Below are positions 55,475 to 63,088 of a stretch of DNA of 64,000 nucleotides, in pieces. Position 1 is the first letter of the stretch, and each line of letters begins with the position of its first letter. Source of the DNA: a virus; IMG/VR virus record IMGVR_UViG_3300008952_003529. One strand, given 5' to 3'. Below the pieces are notes generated by a model. The model was not told the origin of the DNA and did not search any database. It worked only from the letters and a program-made list of their open reading frames with translations. Made by a program: the position numbers and the translations under genes.

Positions 55475-58400
55475 ATGCGAAAGACGAAACTAATCCCACC
55501 CAGTAAATTTATCTCCCTTCATTCACATGACGGGTTTTCTACTTTTGACGGTTTGGGGTACCCACAAGAACACATCGATTTTGTTATTGAGAATGGCATG
55601 GATGGATGGTGTCTTACTAATCATGGTCATATGAATTCTTTTGGTCATGCATTTCTCCATGCAGAAAAAGTTCAAAAGCGCGGTGGTTCGTTTAAGTTCG
55701 TTCCAGGCTGTGAAATGTATGTGCATCCTGACCTTGAAGTATGGCAGCTCGATTACGAAATTAGGCAAGCAGCAAAGAAGGGTGACAAGGAGGCTATGTT
55801 CGCTCTTAGAGAGCGTCGTGAAGCAATAACAACTCCTCTTACTGCGATCATTGATGGCGATGATGAGATTGTTGATATAGGCAAAGAAGACGCTGGCCTC
55901 ACTGTAGAAAATGAAGAGGAAACCAAGTCTGGGAAATTTTATGATCCAGTAAAGCGTCGTCATCATCTTGTGGTTTTGCCAAAGACGAGTGAAGGTCTCC
56001 AGCGCTTGTTTCATCTCGTAAGTAGAGGTTACAGAGAGGGCTTCTATAGGTTCCCCCGTGTAGACTATAGGATGTTAAGGGAAGCCGCCCAGGGTGGCCA
56101 TCTGATGATTTCTACAGCATGTATCGGCGGTCCTATTGCTTATGAGGTGTTTCGACATGCTCAACAGATAGAATTTGATGATTTAAAGCATACTTTACTT
56201 GACGATCCTTCATTTCACCGTAATGTGATGACAGGAGTTGGGAACGCGTACCAAGGTCTTGTTGATGCGGTTGGAATGGATGATGTACATCTAGAGCTTC
56301 AATTTAACAAGCTTCCTGCACAACACCTTGTTAATCGTGCGATTATTGAATTTGCAAACAACAATGGTCTAAATGATAAGCTTGTCGTTACAACGGATTC
56401 ACATTATGCTCGTCCTGAGCATTGGCGGGAGCGTGAACTTTACAAGAAGTTGGGGTGGTTAAATTATCGTGAATTCGACCCATCTAAGTTGCCACAATCA
56501 AGAGATGACTTGAAATGTGAACTCTATCCCAAGAATGCACATCAGGTTTGGGACACATATCTTGAGTCAGCCGATGGCATGGATTTTTATGATGATCAAA
56601 TAGTAAAAGATGCGATCGAACGGCCCCATGGGATAGTACATGAGGGTATTCAAGACATTGCCCCTGACCGCACTATGAAGCTCCCATCTTACGTTGTCCC
56701 CGAAGGACAAACTGATGATAAGGCGCTTCTTGAGGCTTGTAAAAAGGGGCTTATTGAACGCGGCTTTGCAAGCGACCCGAAGTATATTGAGCGCTTGAAG
56801 TATGAGTTGAAAGTTATCAAAGACAAGAAGTTTTCTCGATACTTTTTGACCATGACGGCAATCATTAACATCGCAAGAAAAGCAATGTTGGTCGGTCCTG
56901 GCCGAGGCTCCGCCGCCGGCAGTCTTGTTGCGTATGTGCTTCGACTAACAGACGTAGATCCTTTTGAGTACGACTTAATGTTCGAGAGATTTTTGAACCC
57001 TTCTCGAAAAGGCGCCCCTGATATTGATACCGACGTCGGTGACCGCGATCTTTTGATTCAATTAATGAAAGATGAATGGGGTGATGAAAATATCATTCCT
57101 ATTTCGAACTACAACACCTTTAAGCTAAAATCACTTGTTAAGGATATTTCTCGTTTTTATGGAATTCCATTTCACGAAGTAAATAAGGCATTGTCCACCG
57201 TCGATCAAGACGTACGGCGAGCTGTTTTTAAGCCGGGTACTGATAAGAACCTGTTTGTCCTTTTGTACGAAGACGCGCTAGCACATTCGTCGAAGTTTCG
57301 GACATTCATTGAAAAACATCCAGAAGTAGCAGAGCCTATCCAGGTTTTGTTTAAGCAGAACAAGGCCTTGGGTCGACATGCTGGTGGGTGTATTGTAGCA
57401 GAGAATATTTCCGAAAGAATGCCACTAATCAAAGCCCGAGGAGAGCTTCAAACTCCATGGGCCGAAGGGATGAACTACAAACATCTTGAAACATTCGGGT
57501 GGATTAAGTTTGATCTTCTCGGCCTTGAGACACTACGGATTATCCAAAGAACGATTGAGCTTATCCTTCAACGAAAGGAGGGTATCGAAGAGCCTACATT
57601 CGAGCAGGTTTCGGAGTGGTTTGAGACTCACATGAATCCCAAGATTTTAGATTTGAATGACCAGCATGTTTATGAGCATGTTTATGCTGAAGGTCGGTTC
57701 CCGGGTGTGTTTCAGTTGGCTAATCGAGGCTCTAGAAATCTCTTTAAGAAAGCCAAGCCAAAGAGCATTGTTGATATTGCAACACTGACGTCGATTTATC
57801 GTCCTGGTCCACTAACTGCAAAAGTTGATAGACACTACATTAAGGCAAAGAACAATCCGGGCAGTGTGGATTATGGTCATCCGCTGATTAAAGAAGTTCT
57901 TGAAGAAACATATGGGATGATTGTTTTTCAAGAGCAAATCATGCAATTGTGCTCTGTGGTCGCTGGTTTCCCAGAAGAAGAAACCGACACTGTGCGTCGT
58001 AGTATTATGAAGAGAAAGGCATCGGAAGCAGAGGAGTCTTTGGCTCAGGCCAGAGCGATTAAGGAACAGTTCGTTGCAGGTGCTGTAGGGAATGGTGTCG
58101 ATCGACAGTTGGCAGACGACCTTTACGAGAAGATTTTGTACTTCTCTGGCTATGGATTCAATAAGGCACATGCTGTTTCATATGCTATTGACTCTTACTA
58201 CTGTGCTTGGCTGTTGACGTATTACGAGGAAGAGTGGCTTTGCGCTTATCTAGAAGCTATGTCTGGTAATGATAAAAAGCGAGCTAAGGCTTTTGCTGAA
58301 GTTAAGGCTCTCGGTTATCGGGTTGCTCCAATTGATATCAATTATGCAACCAAGAAGTGGACAATTCTTGAGGGGAAAAAGTTCATGCCATCTCTTCTTT

Positions 58401-59083
58401 CATGTAAGGGCATCGGTGCAGCAGCTATCGACGAGCTTGTAGCTAATCGTCCTTACCAGAAAATTGATGATTTGCTCTGGACAGAAGACGGAAAATGGAA
58501 GCACTCTAAATTTAATAAACGCGCAATGGAGGCGCTGATTAACATTCGTGCATTCGAATCAATGAACCTTATCGGCAGCGAGTTTGAGTCTTATAAACAT
58601 ATGCATGAAGTCTTGATTGGTAAGAATAACGATATTAAAAAATGGACTAAAAAGGATGCTGATCGCGGAAGAAGAAATTATCGAGAAGCATTGTTAGAAA
58701 CGCAAGGTTGCGGAGACTGGTCTCGCAGAGAGCGTGTCGAGAACAGCGTAAAGCACTTCGGCTCGTTTAACGCATCCACCCTAATTTCAGACGAAGTACA
58801 AGATAAGTTAACAGAAATGAATATCCATCCTATCGATGCGATTAATGGGCATGATTTGTATTGGTTTCTCGTGTCTGAGGTGAAGCCAAAGATGACAAAG
58901 AATAATCGCCCATATTTGCTCGTTACAGCCACAGCATTGTCAGGTCAAACATACCGAATGTTTTGCTGGGGATGGGATGGAGAGACAGAGCTACCACTTT
59001 ACAGCCTTTGTGTCGCAGAAGTAAAAAAGAACGACTTTGGGTATCAAACGTCAATGAAAAAAGTAAAATTGCTACAAATGTGA
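55475..59083 (+). CDS. dnaE: DNA polymerase III alpha subunit (family C, DnaE-type)
   Basis: PHP domain SLHSHDGFSTFDG, TNHGH, GCEMY and TTDSHY; GPGRGSAAGSLVAY; catalytic PDIDTD; GRHAGG; KFDLLGL; GVFQL; YGFNKAHAVSY; no intein seen. Confidence 0.96.
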   Translation: MRKTKLIPPSKFISLHSHDGFSTFDGLGYPQEHIDFVIENGMDGWCLTNHGHMNSFGHAFLHAEKVQKRGGSFKFVPGCEMYVHPDLEVWQLDYEIRQAAKKGDKEAMFALRERREAITTPLTAIIDGDDEIVDIGKEDAGLTVENEEETKSGKFYDPVKRRHHLVVLPKTSEGLQRLFHLVSRGYREGFYRFPRVDYRMLREAAQGGHLMISTACIGGPIAYEVFRHAQQIEFDDLKHTLLDDPSFHRNVMTGVGNAYQGLVDAVGMDDVHLELQFNKLPAQHLVNRAIIEFANNNGLNDKLVVTTDSHYARPEHWRERELYKKLGWLNYREFDPSKLPQSRDDLKCELYPKNAHQVWDTYLESADGMDFYDDQIVKDAIERPHGIVHEGIQDIAPDRTMKLPSYVVPEGQTDDKALLEACKKGLIERGFASDPKYIERLKYELKVIKDKKFSRYFLTMTAIINIARKAMLVGPGRGSAAGSLVAYVLRLTDVDPFEYDLMFERFLNPSRKGAPDIDTDVGDRDLLIQLMKDEWGDENIIPISNYNTFKLKSLVKDISRFYGIPFHEVNKALSTVDQDVRRAVFKPGTDKNLFVLLYEDALAHSSKFRTFIEKHPEVAEPIQVLFKQNKALGRHAGGCIVAENISERMPLIKARGELQTPWAEGMNYKHLETFGWIKFDLLGLETLRIIQRTIELILQRKEGIEEPTFEQVSEWFETHMNPKILDLNDQHVYEHVYAEGRFPGVFQLANRGSRNLFKKAKPKSIVDIATLTSIYRPGPLTAKVDRHYIKAKNNPGSVDYGHPLIKEVLEETYGMIVFQEQIMQLCSVVAGFPEEETDTVRRSIMKRKASEAEESLAQARAIKEQFVAGAVGNGVDRQLADDLYEKILYFSGYGFNKAHAVSYAIDSYYCAWLLTYYEEEWLCAYLEAMSGNDKKRAKAFAEVKALGYRVAPIDINYATKKWTILEGKKFMPSLLSCKGIGAAAIDELVANRPYQKIDDLLWTEDGKWKHSKFNKRAMEALINIRAFESMNLIGSEFESYKHMHEVLIGKNNDIKKWTKKDADRGRRNYREALLETQGCGDWSRRERVENSVKHFGSFNASTLISDEVQDKLTEMNIHPIDAINGHDLYWFLVSEVKPKMTKNNRPYLLVTATALSGQTYRMFCWGWDGETELPLYSLCVAEVKKNDFGYQTSMKKVKLLQM

Positions 59084-59117
59084 TAAAATAAACTGACTAA
59101 AGGTTATGGAGTAAGAA

Positions 59118-60146
59118 TTGTACGCAGGAAGTTTCGAGAGTTTTACTGAATGTTATATTGAGTTGATTAAAGAGGTCTATAACAATCCGACCTATATGTC
59201 AGCTCCTCGTGGGCAAAAGATTAAAGAAAAACTGGGTGTTTCATTTACAATCGAGAACCCCAGAGATCGAATTCCGTATGTTGCGGGTCGAAAATTTAGT
59301 ATTTCTTATATGGTCGCTGAGCTATTGTGGTACCTTTCAGCCAATAATAAGACTGAGTGGATTTCAAGGTATTCGGCTTTCTGGAAAGATATTAGTGATG
59401 ATGGTGTAACTGCAAACTCTGCTTATGGTGCCCGCTTGTTTGAGAAGCACCCCAAGATTGCCGATGGCCGTTATAGACAGTGGCAATATGTTGTAAATGA
59501 GCTTAATCGTGATAGAGATTCTAGAAGAGCCGTGATGCACCTACGTGTTCCAGCTGATAGTATCGATGCTCGGCTTGATGTTCCCTGTACTTTATCACTT
59601 CAATTTTTTATTCGTGATGAAAAGCTCCACATGATTGTGAATATGCGCAGTTCTGACCTTATTTTTGGGATTGCTTATGATATACCTGCATTTACACTTT
59701 TCCAGGAAATTTTAGCTGAGCAACTGGAAGTCGGCCTCGGTTCTTATACACACATGAGTAATTCTCTTCATATTTACGAGCGGCATTTCGAGATGGTCGA
59801 AGGTATTTTGGCCAGAGAAAATCGTACTCTTAAACTTCACGAAACTCATGGTCCAATGCCTCCACTCGGATCATTGAATTGTAAGCAGTGGGTTCTTGAA
59901 GGGTGGATTGAGACACTAATGAAAGCTGAAGATCATATTAGCAGCTTAACTAGCCCGATAGAAATTCAGCAAGCATTTAATACTCATTTCATATCGACAG
60001 AAGAAGCTGACAACGTTTGGTCAGACTGGGCCAGGGTCTTGGCCGCACACAGATTAAGAAAGCTTGGCTTTACTGAAGATGCGAACCGTGTTCAAAACCA
60101 GACGGCATTTTCTGGTTATTCATTCAACATTAAAAAAGAGGGATAG
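59118..60146 (+). CDS. Thymidylate-synthase-fold dCMP-modifying enzyme (dCMP hydroxymethylase-like)
   Basis: AELLWY, NSAYG, DSRRAVM, catalytic Cys in DVPCTLSLQF, NMRSSDLIFG and SLHIYERHF. GIAYDIPAF has Asp where dUMP-specific ThyA has Asn (GLPFNIASY). TTG start. Confidence 0.85.
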   Translation: MYAGSFESFTECYIELIKEVYNNPTYMSAPRGQKIKEKLGVSFTIENPRDRIPYVAGRKFSISYMVAELLWYLSANNKTEWISRYSAFWKDISDDGVTANSAYGARLFEKHPKIADGRYRQWQYVVNELNRDRDSRRAVMHLRVPADSIDARLDVPCTLSLQFFIRDEKLHMIVNMRSSDLIFGIAYDIPAFTLFQEILAEQLEVGLGSYTHMSNSLHIYERHFEMVEGILARENRTLKLHETHGPMPPLGSLNCKQWVLEGWIETLMKAEDHISSLTSPIEIQQAFNTHFISTEEADNVWSDWARVLAAHRLRKLGFTEDANRVQNQTAFSGYSFNIKKEG

Positions 60147-60148
60147 AA

Positions 60149-61273
60149 GTGACAAATTACGATTATCTTATTGTCGGCGCCGGACTTTTTGGTGCAACTT
60201 TTGCGAGGGAAATGACAGATGCTGGAAAAAAGTGCCTTGTTATTGACAAGCGTCCGCATATTGGCGGAAACGTTTATTCAGAAAATAGGAATGGAGTTGA
60301 TGTGCATGTATACGGAGCTCATATTTTTCATACTAGTAGTGATCGTATTTGGGAGTATGTAAATCGATTTGCAACATTCAACAATTACGTCAATAAACCA
60401 AAGGTCAGGTTTGGCGATAGGATTTTTTCTTTTCCTATTAATTTAATGACGCTACACCAGCTTTGGGGTGTGATGACACCTGCGGAAGCCGAGGCAAAGC
60501 TTAAGGAAGTTCGTATTCCATGCGAGAATCCAGATAATTTAGAGGACTGGATCTTATCTCAAGTTGGTCGTGAAGTATATGAGACATTCATTCGTGGATA
60601 CACAATGAAGCAATGGCAAAGGGATCCTCGAGAGCTACCTGCATCAATCATTAAGCGACTTCCCATTCGTATGGTTTTCGAGGAGAATTATTTCTTTGAC
60701 AAGTATCAAGGGATTCCTGTCAAAGGGTATACAGAGATGGTCAATAATATGCTTGAGGATATTACGGTCATGACCGGCATGGATTACTTCGCACAACGTG
60801 AACACTTCAATTCTTTAGCGGAAACAGTCGTATTTACTGGGAAGGTGGATGAGTATTTTGATTTTTGCCATGGTGAACTAGAGTATAGAACTCTCCGATT
60901 TGAGCATGAAGAGCTCGAAGGGGATTTCCAGGGAAATGCAGTTGTGAACTATACCTCACCAGACATTCCCTTCACTCGAATCGTTGAGCACAAACATTTT
61001 CTACCGTCTACCGCAAGCAAGTTGCCTAATACTATTGTTACACGAGAATATTCTGACGAGTATAAGCGAGGAAAGACGCCGTATTATCCCATTAACAATG
61101 ATCGAAATAACATGATGTATAAGAAATATGCAGCGATGGCCGCCGCGGAAGATGATGTAATTTTTGGTGGTAGGTTGGCAGAGTACAAATATTATGATAT
61201 GCATCAAGTTATTGGTTCTGCGCTTGTAAAAGCCAAGCGAGAGCTCAATAATCAATCAATGGAGAAAGAATGA
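60149..61273 (+). CDS. glf: UDP-galactopyranose mutase
   Basis: IVGAGLFGA (FAD binding), HIGGN, YGAHIFHT, GYTMKQW, YQGIP, LEYRTL, FTRIVEHKHF, PYYPIN and GGRLAEYKYYDMHQV. Confidence 0.96.
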   Translation: MTNYDYLIVGAGLFGATFAREMTDAGKKCLVIDKRPHIGGNVYSENRNGVDVHVYGAHIFHTSSDRIWEYVNRFATFNNYVNKPKVRFGDRIFSFPINLMTLHQLWGVMTPAEAEAKLKEVRIPCENPDNLEDWILSQVGREVYETFIRGYTMKQWQRDPRELPASIIKRLPIRMVFEENYFFDKYQGIPVKGYTEMVNNMLEDITVMTGMDYFAQREHFNSLAETVVFTGKVDEYFDFCHGELEYRTLRFEHEELEGDFQGNAVVNYTSPDIPFTRIVEHKHFLPSTASKLPNTIVTREYSDEYKRGKTPYYPINNDRNNMMYKKYAAMAAAEDDVIFGGRLAEYKYYDMHQVIGSALVKAKRELNNQSMEKE

Positions 61274-61476
61274 GCCGTATTAATAGAGGCCGCCGCCGCA
61301 AAGAAGAACTTCGTGAAGTAGTAGAAGAAAATACAAAGGAACGTGCTAAACGATCGCCACAGCAGCAATTGGATTTGCTTGATGAAAGACTTGGCATCGG
61401 AATCGGAGCAGTTCGCGAACGAAAGCACTTACAGAAACTTTTAGCAAATAGTAAAAATAAAAAGGACAAAAAATGA
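61270..61476 (+). CDS. Small basic hypothetical protein
   Basis: 68 aa with ATGA overlaps on both sides; RSPQQQLDLLDERLGIGIGAVRER. Confidence 0.75.
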   Translation: MSRINRGRRRKEELREVVEENTKERAKRSPQQQLDLLDERLGIGIGAVRERKHLQKLLANSKNKKDKK

Positions 61477-62528
61477 GAGTACTTTACAGCTTTTGGGGAT
61501 TTATTACCCCTCTTGAGAAAAACAGCATTGTCGACACACCTGATGGTGAACGAGGAAATCGAGTTGACTGGGTAAACGAACTATTAAAGCGCGGTCATAC
61601 ACCAATTCAGCTTCAAAAGATGCGTGATGACGAGCAGTATCTGGGGGTTGAGTATGACGACTCTGGTTTCCCTGATGGCGATATTCTTTATGTAGAGTGG
61701 CGCTGGCCGACCTGGAAGAATTCCGGTCAGAATCCTGTTGAGTCTGATTATAATCGCCAATGCGAAGTACTTGACTATTACCATGAACAAGGAATTCCCA
61801 TTGTGATAGTTGACGGTGATTTGAAGATGACGCCTGAGGAAGAGTTGCGCTGGCCAGATGCCATCTTAGCAGATGCATGTGTCGACCCCCAGCACCAAAC
61901 TCGTAAGCGTATTACAATTCCCTGGTGCAATTATATGAAGCGATACTTCGATCCAGTAGAATATTCGTACAATTATACATACGTCGGTAACAATTACGAA
62001 CGTGAATATCAATTCGGGAAATACTATATTGACCCAAGCCGATATCTGAGAGAGGAGGGAATCCAGACTACGATTTATGGAAATTGGCTTCAGAAATCGC
62101 CTGAAAGAGTTGATCCGGGAGAGCTCTTAGCCAAGACGCCTTGCGTTGCGTTTGGACCTCGCTTGGCATACAAAGATATTTTTAGTGTATTGAACTCTTC
62201 TATCACGGTAACTCACATTACAAAGGATGCGTATACTCCATTTGGCAACATCACAGGAAGATTTTTTGAGGCGATCAAAAGTAACGTTCCTGCGTTGATT
62301 CCAATTGAGTTTCGGCATGCATTACCTGTCGGGCTAAAGGGTGGCGCTCTTGTGGTTGAAACGGCAGATGATGTGATCGATAAGGTGAAGTGGATTTCAA
62401 CGTTAAGTGCCACAGAGCGAAAAGCGCTAGTCGACGAGCAAGAAGAAGCTCTACGTACTGTTATCGACCCTCGCCCTGAATATCGCACTGATCTTCTTGA
62501 ACATATTGTGGGAGATTATCAAGCATGA
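61473..62528 (+). CDS. GT-B glycosyltransferase resembling T4 DNA beta-glucosyltransferase
   Basis: 351 aa. IVIVDGDLK, YTYVGNNYER, TTIYGNW and NSSITVTHITKDAYTPFGNITGRFFEAIKSNVPALIPIEF parallel the T4 BGT segments as I recall them (YLFTDIRL, VIYGG, IEFFGN, NFITLRVWETMASDAVMLIDEEF). Confidence 0.72.
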   Translation: MRVLYSFWGFITPLEKNSIVDTPDGERGNRVDWVNELLKRGHTPIQLQKMRDDEQYLGVEYDDSGFPDGDILYVEWRWPTWKNSGQNPVESDYNRQCEVLDYYHEQGIPIVIVDGDLKMTPEEELRWPDAILADACVDPQHQTRKRITIPWCNYMKRYFDPVEYSYNYTYVGNNYEREYQFGKYYIDPSRYLREEGIQTTIYGNWLQKSPERVDPGELLAKTPCVAFGPRLAYKDIFSVLNSSITVTHITKDAYTPFGNITGRFFEAIKSNVPALIPIEFRHALPVGLKGGALVVETADDVIDKVKWISTLSATERKALVDEQEEALRTVIDPRPEYRTDLLEHIVGDYQA

Positions 62529-63088
62529 AAGTTGCATTTATTGGTCCCGATATGACGGGGAAATCGAACATCGCTGCTGAGCTTTCGAAACAAACGGGCG
62601 TTCCAGTTTTTAAGAATTCTGGAGAGTGGAAAACGCAGTTAAACAGCTCGGAGTACTTTCTTAACCTACTGAGATTTGGTGGCCCATTTTTGATGGATTT
62701 CATCCGGCAAACAAACGTATCAGTCATCTTAGACCGTTTTTATCCTTGTGAGATGGTATATTCGCAAGCTTTCGGTCGAGAAACGGACGACACCGCATTA
62801 GCGTGGATGGACAAGAATTTCGCAGAGGTAGGCGGAAAGTTCATTATTTGCGTTCGGAATGACTATTCAGATTTGATTGATGATCAATATCCTGAAGACC
62901 TGCCGCCAAATGTATTGGGTGCTTTAACTCTTCATTATCGAAAGTTTGCTAAATGGACAGGGTGTGAATGCTTGATTTTGGAAACAGATGATATGGACCT
63001 GAACAATCAGGTAAAAAAGATTAAAATGTTCTTAGGAATTAAGAATAGGGAAGATATGCAAGCGGAGGATTTTTGTAGTCATGCGTAA
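62525..63088 (+). CDS. dNMP kinase (thymidylate-kinase-like P-loop)
   Basis: P-loop GPDMTGKS and the TMPK-type ILDRFYPCEMVYS motif. Confidence 0.85.
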   Translation: MKVAFIGPDMTGKSNIAAELSKQTGVPVFKNSGEWKTQLNSSEYFLNLLRFGGPFLMDFIRQTNVSVILDRFYPCEMVYSQAFGRETDDTALAWMDKNFAEVGGKFIICVRNDYSDLIDDQYPEDLPPNVLGALTLHYRKFAKWTGCECLILETDDMDLNNQVKKIKMFLGIKNREDMQAEDFCSHA

